DNA of 64,000 nt from an uncultured Bacteroidota bacterium. GTDB taxonomy: Bacteria > Bacteroidota > Bacteroidia > Bacteroidales > WCHB1-69. Under the pieces are notes generated by a model. The model was not told where the DNA came from. It searched no databases and saw only the letters and a program-made list of their open reading frames with translations. The stretch covers positions 2,721 to 66,720 of the forward strand of contig CACYHG010000001.1 in the NCBI GenBank assembly GCA_902774175.1, read 5' to 3'. The position numbers and the translations under genes are program-made. Shown in pieces: positions 8,831 through 19,500 of the stretch (its first letter is position 1; the number at the start of each line of letters is the position of its first letter).

Positions 8831-10383
8831 TATCTTTGCCCTTTCATTAAGTCAACAAACGGATTCATGTAGTGTGCACCCTTCAGGCTGACGCCCTCCA
8901 AGCCCTTGCCGCCGTTTTTCGGACGCTTCACATCCCCGAAAATGCCCTTCTCCAAGGAGGAGAAAAGCCCTTCGCGGTTCATCTGCTCCAACAGCCCGAT
9001 GGTTTTGTCAAGCACCTCCTTGGCGCGTGCCCGGCAGATTCCGCCCTCCACAAACTGCATCTCCTCCCCGATGCTGCGCATGTTGTTGAAGATGTATTTC
9101 GCATTTTCGATGGAGAGGTAGCGGTCGCTCATGAACGGGGTGTGGATGGCCTCTGTCGGCATGCCGAGCAGCTGGATGCCCTGATGGGTCCAGATGCCTA
9201 TCATGTTGAAGAGCGCATCCTGGATGTGCCCGCGGAAGATGTTTCCGGTCATGAATTTGGTGGGCGGCATGTATTTCAACGTCGCCTTGGGGAAGATTTC
9301 GCGCGTCATCTGCGCCTGCGCCAGCTCATAGAGGAAGCCGTTTTCCAGCATGGGATCCATCTCAAAGGCATGTCCGAGCCCCATCTGCTCCTCCTTAAGA
9401 CCGGCCAGCAACGCCAGCTGCTCATTTATAAGGTCGGAAGCCAGCACGGTGTGCGCCGCCTCCACGGCATCGGCGGTGGTCAGGTAGTTGTCCTCGCCCG
9501 TATTGATGATCACGCCTGCAAAACCGTTGATGATACGCGACATGTACTGGTCAATCAGCGTGCGCTGCATGTTGATGTCACGGAACAGGATGCCGTAGAG
9601 AGCATCGTTGAGCATAACGTCCAGACCCTCGAATGCCCCCATGACGGCGATTTCCGGCATGCAGAGGCCGGAGCAATAGTTGCAGAGCCTGATGTAGCGG
9701 CCCAACTCCTCGCCCACTTTGTCCAACGCGGTGCGCATGATGCGGAAATTCTCCTGCGTGGCGAAAGTGCCGCCGAAGCCCTCGGTGGTCGCTCCGTATG
9801 GCACGTAGTCCAGCAGGCTCTGGCCGGTGGTGCGGATCACCGCAATCACATCGGCACCCTGACGCGCCCCCGCCTCCGCCTGCACCACATCCTCATAGAT
9901 GTTGCCGGTGGCGACAATTATATATAGGTAGGGCTTCGGCCCCTCCCCGATTGTTTCAAGGTAATGCTCGCGACGCGCACGGCGCGCACGAATCCGCCCC
10001 ATGCTCGCGTCGATGACAGGCTGCAGCGTTTCGGCAATCCGCTTCGGGTCAGAGGTGACCACCTGTGTGAAGTCATACTGGCCGGCAGCAACCTTTTCGG
10101 CAATCTGCTGCGGCTGCAGTCCGGTCTGCATCATGGCATTTGCCATGAAAAAAAGCACGCCTTCGCCCAAAACACCTTTCTGTTTAACCGCATCCACCAC
10201 GACATTGGGCAGAGGTACCTGGTTGGCGTCCACACCATCCACACCCATCAGCCGACAGAGTGTACGTTCCACTGCCACAGTGGTATACTGATTGACAAAA
10301 GTCTGCACCTGATCGGCAATCCGGCGTGCCAGATTCCTTGCACAGGCCACTTTTTCAAAATCCAGTCCTAACTTGCTCTCCAT
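8830..10383 (-). CDS. kamD: Lysine 5,6-aminomutase alpha subunit
   Basis: MESKLGLDF, IVATGNIYED, QSLLDYVPYGAT, NYCSGLCMPE; 517 aa. Confidence 0.95.
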   Translation of the reverse strand: MESKLGLDFEKVACARNLARRIADQVQTFVNQYTTVAVERTLCRLMGVDGVDANQVPLPNVVVDAVKQKGVLGEGVLFFMANAMMQTGLQPQQIAEKVAAGQYDFTQVVTSDPKRIAETLQPVIDASMGRIRARRARREHYLETIGEGPKPYLYIIVATGNIYEDVVQAEAGARQGADVIAVIRTTGQSLLDYVPYGATTEGFGGTFATQENFRIMRTALDKVGEELGRYIRLCNYCSGLCMPEIAVMGAFEGLDVMLNDALYGILFRDINMQRTLIDQYMSRIINGFAGVIINTGEDNYLTTADAVEAAHTVLASDLINEQLALLAGLKEEQMGLGHAFEMDPMLENGFLYELAQAQMTREIFPKATLKYMPPTKFMTGNIFRGHIQDALFNMIGIWTHQGIQLLGMPTEAIHTPFMSDRYLSIENAKYIFNNMRSIGEEMQFVEGGICRARAKEVLDKTIGLLEQMNREGLFSSLEKGIFGDVKRPKNGGKGLEGVSLKGAHYMNPFVDLMKGQR

Positions 10384-10397
10384 ATCGAAAAATTTTG

Positions 10398-10405
10398 CAA
10401 ATGTA
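10398..10405 (-). promoter_or_regulatory. Bacteroidetes -7 promoter element for kamD
   Basis: TACATTTG(CA) matches TAnnTTTG, 15 nt upstream of the ATG. Confidence 0.6.
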
Positions 10406-10406
10406 C

Positions 10407-10439
10407 AAAAAAAACAGGGACGTATGACACATCCCTGTT
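10407..10439 (-). terminator. Intrinsic terminator downstream of the giant T9SS gene
   Basis: AACAGGGA...TCCCTGTT stem with an A8 run on the + strand (U-tract on -) and a T-rich tract on the other side. Confidence 0.6.
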
Positions 10440-10466
10440 ATTTTTATTAATTCGTATGGACGATAT

Positions 10467-10494
10467 GTAGAGACGCGGCGCGCCACGTCTCTAC
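10467..10494. repeat. REP-like 28-nt palindrome nested inside an outer inverted repeat (10454..10516)
   Basis: GTAGAGACG-CGGCGCGCCA-CGTCTCTAC; outer arms GTATGGACG / CGTCCGTAC. Confidence 0.8.
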
Positions 10495-10521
10495 ACATTG
10501 CGTATAACGTCCGTACGTGGT

Positions 10522-13500
10522 TTACCGCGTCACGTTCATCTTTTTGACGACGCGTTCGCCGCGGTATTCGACGCTGTAATAATAGACACCGGCCGCAAGG
10601 TCGGAGAGGTTCACGCGGATGTCGCCGCTGCCGGCCTCAGCCGCAATCTCCTCACGGTACAGCACCTGTCCGTTCATGCCCATGATGCGCAGCGTAAGAA
10701 CGCCAGCCTCAGGAATGCTGTAAGGTATCCGCGTCATGTCGGCGGCAGGGTTCGGAATGTTCTGTCCGACCGTCCAGCGGTCAGCGTCGACCTCCTCCAC
10801 TCCTACTCCGCCCTGCACGCAGGCTTCGACCTTAGCAGTGTCGTTGCCCAAATCAATGTCGCCATCAGCGGCACCCAGACAGACTGTCACATTGTAAGCG
10901 GCCTGCGCACCCTTCACGCTCAAGCGAGGCACACGGTACTGCTGTTTGAAGGTGTAGTTGCGGTTCTCGCCCACAAAGAGCGGGGCCACCTTTTCCGTCA
11001 GCGTGGCAAATGCGACACCTGCGCTGTCAATCACCGCGGTCAGCACCAGGCTGTCCGCACCGTCCACATTGCCGTTGTTGTACAGGCGCACCTCAACCTT
11101 AGCCATCTCGCCGCCCATCGCGCAAGGAGTGGCCGCAGGCGTGATGATGGAGAGGATTCCGTTGTCGACGATATTCACGTTGCCGATAATCCGCACCGAA
11201 TCGTTGCTGCTGTTGGCATCGCACGGCAGCACCGCATAGACGTCAATCAGATAGTATGGCTGATCGGCTGTGGTCGGCGGAACCGTCACCGCCTGCTGGA
11301 AGCGGTAGTGCATTGTGGCACCGACCGGCAGTGTCGCAGTGACCCTTTCGGTCAGGGTGTCCGAACCGTTGACCACCGCACGCACCTCAAACGGGCTCAC
11401 GATTTCAAGGTTACCGACATTCTTCATGGTGAATCCCACATGCAGCGTGTCGCCCGGCTCCTTGAAGCCGATGACATCAAACTTTGTAACCGCAAGATCT
11501 GGGTTCAGGTTCAGGCTGAAGCGCACCGTATCGTTGGCGGTGTTGCTGTCGACGGAGGTGACATAGACCTTCACCTCGAACTGTCCGGCTGCGGAATAGT
11601 CGATAGGTCCGAGCTGGAGCGTGTCGATCTCATAGTCCTCCAAACGTCCGGTCAGGGCTTTCTTATATACAAAGTTCGACGCGCCGCTCATCTCCACCGT
11701 GATGGAGTCGCCCGCCTCAAACGGGACCTCCTGCGAGGTCAGGTTCTCCAGATAGGCCGTCAGGGTGTGGCCGGTAAGGTTACAGGCGTAGAAGTCGCTG
11801 TCAGCCGGCGCATCCACCGTCAGCTGCATATCCTGCATGGCCACGATCTTGACCTGGTCTATTGTCTGGTCGCCGCCGCCGTAGCTGTAGCCGGTGAAGG
11901 CAAGCACGATGCAGGTTCCCGTATTGTACTTTGACAGGTCGATGTGGTGGCGCACCCATGTGGGCTTGCTGTACTGCGCATCGTAACGGTAGGTGGTGTA
12001 GATTGTCCTGAAGGTGGCGCCGCCATCCTGCGAAATGCGGACATCCATCTGGTCGCGCATGTTCGGGTTGGCGTTGTCATGCGCATACCAGAAGTAGAGC
12101 TGCGGGCGGTAGCTGCCCTGCAGACGCACCGAGGAGAAGAGAGCACTGCTGATGGAGCCGCGTCCCTCCGAGGAGCGGAACAGCAGGCTGCCCGTACCGA
12201 AAGCCGGATTAATGACAGGGTTGCTGCCGGTCACCTCCCAGCTGATGTCGCCATAGGCCTGGTTCATCTTCACACCATGGAATGCGCTGGAGAAATTGTT
12301 CTCATAAGGCAGGATGGTCTTGTTGACCTGATAGTCGAGACGGAGAGTGTCATTATAGGCCTGCTCGTTCTTCGTGCATTCCAGCCATGAGGTCAGCTTG
12401 TAAAGGCCGAGGTAGGTTATGTCAAGATTCGGAATGACCTCGAAGGTATCGCGTCCCATCACTCCAAGCTTGCCCTTGCTGACCGTGATGTTGGTCACAA
12501 TGTTCACCGAATCGCTCTCGCACTTCAGGTAGAGCTTCATCGGACTTACGGCAAAGTCAATCTCGTTTGTGCCCTGGTTATATATGCAGACTTTGACCGG
12601 CGTGGCGTTCGGCACGCACGGGATCTCCTCAAGCACCGGCTCCACAAAGGCGTCAACCGCAAGGTCATTGCCCTCATACAGCGGGGTGCCGTAGGCGCCC
12701 ATCACGGTAAGTTTGGTGCGGGCCGCCCCGTTGATGTCCTGCGGCACAAGCGTGTTGCGCTGGCATTTCAACGGTTCGGTGAACTGACGGATGGTCAGAT
12801 CCACGGTCGGGTCCGCAAAGTGCGGGTCATTGGAAACGGAATTCTTGTCGATGCCGTAATCCCTCCTCCACTGCGAGAGTGCTAAAACATTCTTTCCGCA
12901 GAAGAAGACATTGGTGTCGGAAGGATTGTAATAGTCATTGTAGTCAGCACTTGCCGAAAGTGTGGTCATCAGATCCGCCTCATAGGTATAAATGGCATAG
13001 TTCTCCTTGCCGTTCGCACAGACAATAATGTTATTGTCCATTGAGAACTGGTAGCCCTTGTCGAACTTCTCCATGAGTATGCCGTAGTTGCTTCCGCTGT
13101 TTCCGGCATAAATGGAGTTATGCATCAGGCGCACATTGGCCATTGAAAGCAGCATGCCGTAAGCTGAGCTGCCGTCCGCACAAAGGATTTCATTGTTGGC
13201 AACAAACACAGGATCCACCTTCTTGCCAAAATCCTCGGAGTTCACAAAGTTTTGGAACATTATGCCGTATGAACCGGACGTGGTGTGCATCCGGATCTTG
13301 TTCCCGATGACGGAATCCACCAGATTGTATTCGGCAAAAAGCGCACCGGTGAAATCACGTGTCCCCTCCCTTGTGGAAATCTGATTGTGGGAGAAGCTGG
13401 CGATATGGTTGAACTCATGTGCCTCAAATGCGCAGCTGCCGTTATTGATGAAGATGTTGCTGTCGACAATCACCGTGGAACGGTCCTTGGCGCCAGCCAT

Positions 13501-16500
13501 GCAGTTCTCGACGTTGCCGCCCGATGCGATCAGCACGACTCCAACGGCACCGCCACGGATTTCATTGGCCACCAGCCGGACATCGATCATGTAGTCGGTT
13601 TTGGCGTCCTTGTTCTCATAGCTTACCACCTCGCCTTTGGAGACATTCTCGGAGGCGCAGAGCGCACAATGGTTGAAGGTCACGTTATTGATTTTTCCGA
13701 GGAACCGCACACCTCTCTCACCCGCAGTGGTGGAACCGATGGTGAGATGCTTGAATATCATGTTGCCGGTTTTGTTCAAGGTCATGCCGACAGTCTCATC
13801 GCCACCGATCACAACCATCGATTTGTCCTTGGCCACGGAGACAAAGGTGACAGTGTTTTTCGCGCTGCTCCCCTTTATCTCACCCTCAATCGTAGCACCG
13901 GCATAGAGTCCGGATTCGATTTCAAATGTGACCGGACCGGAAATGCCGCAATAGTTCAACGCCTGTATTGCGATGTTCAGATCCCTGTACTTGGCCGATG
14001 CGGACTTGCCGACCCTGTAGGTTCCGGCAAGCGCGGAATCGCAGCCCATAATCTGTATGGAGACAGTATCGTTGTCATGGTTGCCGTCAGTGCCGCCATT
14101 CGGTTTTTCAACCCACGCGACAAGCGTGTTGGTGCCGCCCACAGGCATGAACGAACCGATGGTGATGGGCTTGGACTGCTCGCCGTAGGCCAATGAGCCG
14201 TAATATTTGTATGCCGGCATTAGAGTGCCGGTAGCGCTCCAGTGGATCTCCACCGAATCAAGCTTGTCGGTGCCCATGTTGGTGATGGTCACCTCCACAT
14301 TGGCCGACTTGCCGACAGAGACATACTGCGAAGGGGCCACAATGGCATCCATCTTCACATCATATTTGTTGGGCTTATAGTCATGGTAGCATCCGATGTT
14401 GGTGAAGCCTGTCAGCGGACGCAGCATGTTGTCCAAATCCCTCCTGGCCATCAGCGTGTCGGTCACCACAAGCATACGCTTGCCGTCGGTATGGAGTGAA
14501 TTGGGATACTGCACAAAGAGCGGCTCCTCGGCTACGGAATGCGCATCCTTAAGTGTAAGCAGAGCAATGTCGCTCACACTGATTGCGGCCGTACCGCCGA
14601 TCATCGCCAGATTCTGTCCGTTGGTGTAGTAGTTGTTGTAGTCAAACTCGCGGTATGGTGCGGCAGCGAACTTTGCAATGTCAAAATAGAGCAGGTTTGA
14701 ATTGGAGGTGCCGCTTGTATAGAGGTTGTTGTACATAACCTTGGCCGGTTTGGAGGGCGTGTAGCTGTCGGCCGAGCCGGAAGTGGTGCTGATATGGTAC
14801 ATCGCATGGCTTGCGCCCTTGCCGAACACAGCGAATGTGTTATGGACAAAATTGACCCAGCCTCCGACAGCGCCCGCGCCGCCGCTCACGTCATAGCGCA
14901 TGCCTATGTTCATGGAGCTGCCGGTGCTGTTGATGAAGAACTCGTTGTTCACCACCCAGCAGGCACCGTTGCGGACCGACACGCCGACAAACATGCCGAT
15001 GGCCTGGCCGCCCGCCGTCTCAAGGCGGATGCGGTTACTTCCCACAGTGTCGAACTTGGAGGAGCTGCCCCAGTTGATGGCAGTGTAGTTGGCCGTAGTG
15101 TTTTTGCGGCAGCGGATTTCGTTATGGGTGATAAGGTGCATGTAGCTGCCGCCCGAATTGGAGATTCCGTAACGGTAGGCGTTGGTCATCAGGTTGCTGT
15201 CAAGCACCAGACCGGCACCGTTGCCGTTGGCAGCAGAGTTGAAGTTGGTGTAGCCACCGTCCATGTGGTTCCCGATAAAGTGGACCCCGTCGTTGGTGGT
15301 CCCGCTCGCAACCGAAACCGCATAGGCGCCGCTTGTGGAGGTGGTGTCGGCGCAGATGACGCAGTGCTTGAAATAAAGATCCTTGTTCACGCCTGCAAGT
15401 TCCACACCGACCTGCGATACCACAGGATTGCCTATGGTCAGGTTTTCAAAGATGACATACGAAACCGTGTTCAGGGAGACCGCCTTGGGATCGGCGGCAC
15501 CGATAACCACATCGGAGGCCTTGCCGCTCTGCGAGGTGAAGGTCACCATGTTGGTCTCACTCGAACCTGGGAAAAGGTTGGTCTGTTCAATTGCAGGATA
15601 GTTGCCGGAAGCAATCGCCATGGTCACAGGGCCTGCAATGCCGCAGTTGCGCAGTGCATGAAGGGCGTCGTTCAGCGAATTGAAATGCGCACCCGACCCG
15701 CCAACAAGGTATTTGCCCTTCAGCGGTGCGTAGGTGCAGCCGTACATGTCGGCACGCAGGGTGTCGTCCTCCGGAATCTGGTCGGCCACGCCGTTGGGCA
15801 TGGAGGAGACAACCTCAAGCCGGTTGACACCCGCCACCCATACGAAGCTGCCAAGCGAAATCTTCTCCTTGGCCTTCGGGGCGATGCTGCCCTTCCACTG
15901 CACGGCAGGCTTGGCCACGCCGTTGACGCTCCAGTTCAGCGTCAGGCTGCGTATGACGGAATCGCCGCGGTTCTCAACCTCCACCGTGACATTTTCGCTG
16001 CTTCCGGTCACACCGGAGGTGGCGGCAGGGCTGGCAAACGCGAGCAGGGAGGCGTTGTTGGCCAGCAGCACGCCGTCGTATGCGCCCATGCAGGTCGTCT
16101 TCTTACGCGCAACTCCCTGGATATCCGCCTTCACCAAGGCAGGGCAGGTAAACTGCGGACGGGCTATGATCTGCAGATTGTTTTTCAGATTGACATATTC
16201 GGGAATACCCCATACGGCATTGGAATCCATCGCCTGAATATCGGCGAAATTGGTGAGCGCCTTGGCGATATATCCCACCTGCTTTCCGGCGGAGGTGCTG
16301 TAGAAGGCGTTGTGGTCAAGCTGGTAGCGCTTGTCCTTCACGTTCAGGTAGAGCGGGTAGACATTTGTGGAGCCGCCACCCTGCATTATGACCAGGTTGT
16401 TTTTGATATTCACCACCCGTGTGGCATCCTTGTAGTAGGCATACAGTCCGTAGGCATTACGGCTGGATGTCGGGCTGTCCACGGTGGCATACACGGAGTT

Positions 16501-19500
16501 GTGGTATACGTTGGCCTGCAGTGATGCGATATACATTCCGTAGAGGATGCTGCTTGTGCAAGCCGCACGAACGCGGACTTCGTTGTTGAAGATCCATGCC
16601 GTGTCGTTCGCACGCTGGACATTGCTGCCGCTGAGATAGAAACCGTCGCAACGGGCAAAATTGAACCTGTCGGCGATGATGCGGTTGTGGCAGGCGTAAC
16701 TTACCGAATCCACACGCACCGAGAACGGGAAAAAGTTGGCATTGGAGAATTCGGAACGGCAGATTATCGTGTTGTAGCTGATACTGGTCAGCGAAAGGTT
16801 CTGGATGTTGATGCCGTACTGGTACTGGTTGGTGAAAAGGTTACTGTCAATCCGGTGACCGGCACCCTTTCCGCAGTAGAACTCAAGGCCTCTCGCACCT
16901 CCGTCAAAATGGTTGCTGTAAATCTGGAAATGGGTACGTCCGTTGGCATTGCCGTTGGTTCCGTACATTCCATATTGTGTCCCCGTCGTGGTCGGGTTCA
17001 TCTGGATGGTGCAGCGCGAAATGGTGATATGGTGCGCCGGATTGGTGCTCTTGCCAATCACGCAGATGCCGGCATAACTGTTGGGGCAGTTCAGGATAAG
17101 GTTGTCGAAATGGTAGTAGGCGGCATCGTTGTCAAGGCAGATGCCCCAGGCGGTGGTGTAGCTTGTGCCGGTAACGCCGTCAATGATGACCTTGTCGGTA
17201 TCCTGCTGGGTGGTGAAGGTGACTGTGGTGGTGTCGCTCATCCCCTTGATGGTGGTTCCGGTGAACTTCATGGCCGCATAGTGGCCGGCTGCGAGACGAA
17301 GTATCACATGGCTTTTCAGCCCGCAGGTGTTAAGCACGAAATAGGCTTCGTCCAAATCCACGAAGTCATATTTCGGCCCGCCGACGTTGTAGCTTCCGGC
17401 AAGCGGTGCGCCGCATGCGAAGATGGAGTTGCGCAGCGTGTCGTCCTCCTGGCTGTAGTCGGATGACTGGCCGTTGACCTGGCCGATCCACACCACGATG
17501 TTGTTGTGTCCGCCCTTCGGCACGTATGTGCCAATCTTCACCACAGTGTCGGCGAAGGGAATCAGGCTGCCGGTCCACTGGAACGGGGTCTGCACCGTGC
17601 CGTTCACACTCCACTGGATGGTGACGGAGGTGAGATTGCTGCCGCCCGCATTCAGCAGACGCACCGAAACCGGCGCGGGATTGCTGTTGGAGAGATATGC
17701 AGGCCAGCCGACGAACTCGGTCAAAGCGGCATCCACACTCAAAGCCTGTGCGGAATAGCAGCCCATCACGGTCTGCAGGCTGCGCGCACTGTCAAGGATG
17801 TCATCGGTGACATCGGCCATCCTGGCGCAATAGAGCCCGTTATAGACAAAGCACTTGCCGGAGATTGTGTAATCCTGGAACGGCGGGTTGATGTTGACCG
17901 CGTTCTGCTCCTTCGAATACTGTGTCCAGGCCGCCAGCGTGGCGCGGTTGCCCGCCAGATAGCCGACGTAGCTGTTGCCATAGTAGTTGTTGAAATCCAG
18001 CTTTATGTCAGAGCCGATGAAATTGTTGGCCGTTATGTAGGCCGGATATCCGGCATTGTAGCATACGAACATGTTGTTGAAGAAGTGCATCGACATGCCG
18101 CGGGTGCTGTTGTTGCAATACATGGCACGGGACGCTCCGGCACCGTACATCACCACTGTGTTGTGGTAGAAGCGGGCCTCGGAGGCGGCCACATATATAC
18201 CATAGGAGACAGCCGTGGAATTGAAAAGTATTTCGTTGTTGGCAAAGAGTCCCGAACGGCTGCTGTCCTGATTGAAGTTGCTGGCATAGATGCCGTAGCT
18301 GGCCGGCACTCCCGTTGTGGCAAGAATGCGGTTCTTCGACACCTCATTGGCTGAGCAGCTGGTCATCTGCAGGCCATAGAAGGCTGCGGCGGCGGCAGGG
18401 CGCGCAACGACCGTATTGCCGTTCAACGTGTTGAAATAGGTATAGGTCATCTTGTTGCCATAATAAGGGCTGCGCACGGTGTTCCGGTTGAAATCCACAT
18501 CCGTCACTGCGCGGGATCCGCTCAGGCCGTTGGAGAAGAATCCGTAATAGGCACCCTCGATAAGGTTGTCCTCAATACGGATATGCTCCGCACTGACATC
18601 AAGCAGCGCAATGCCGTAATGGGTGTTGGTCTTGGAAAGCGTGTCCAGCAGTATCCGGCAGTCGCTCACAGTGATGTTACGGTTGCTGTCGCGTATTATG
18701 ACACCGCTCTCATTTCCGGTGAGCGTAAGGTGGCTGACCACAATGTTGCGGGCATTGCGCATCAGCACGACCGGCTTGGTGACCGAATCGGCGGTCAGCA
18801 CAACATCACCGGGCTTCCCTGACTGGGAGGTCACGGTCAGCGTGTCACCGGGGGATAGATATTCCATGAAATCCGACAAATCGAGCGACTCGGCATATGT
18901 CCCCTTCTGCAGCTGGATTGTAATGTTTCCGGCAGAGCCGCAGGAGCGTATCATGTCAAGAATTTCGTTGACGGTGGCGCGGGCGGGGTTCATCGGCGTG
19001 CTTGTCTTTCCGACCGTATATATTCCGGCCGGGATGTTGTCACAGCCGAAGACACGTTTCACCAGCAGCGTGTCCGCAGTGGGATTGGTCTGATAGCCGT
19101 TGGGGCCGTAGACCCTGACAACAATGGTGTCCATATGGTTGGCGGTCGGGGTGTATGAGCCGACACGCACCGTGGCCGAATAGCCCTCCTCAAGAGTCCC
19201 CTTCCACTGGTACGGGGTCTGCCGCACACCGTTAAGGCTCCACTCGACGGTGGCTGTAAGAAGATCGTTCACACCGCGGTTCTGCAGCGTAACAGCCAAC
19301 GGTGTCTTACGGCCGGCCACAGCGCCAACCGCAGGAGTGTCGATTGAAATCACGGCAACACACTGGGGATTGCTCTCCCAATGACGGCCTATCTCATAGG
19401 CCGAGGAGGCCGAGGCGTTGTTCCCGACCGAGTCGGTGGCAAAAACGGTATAGGCGACCTGTGTGCCAATCGGACATTTCGGGATCACGCCCATCCAGAC

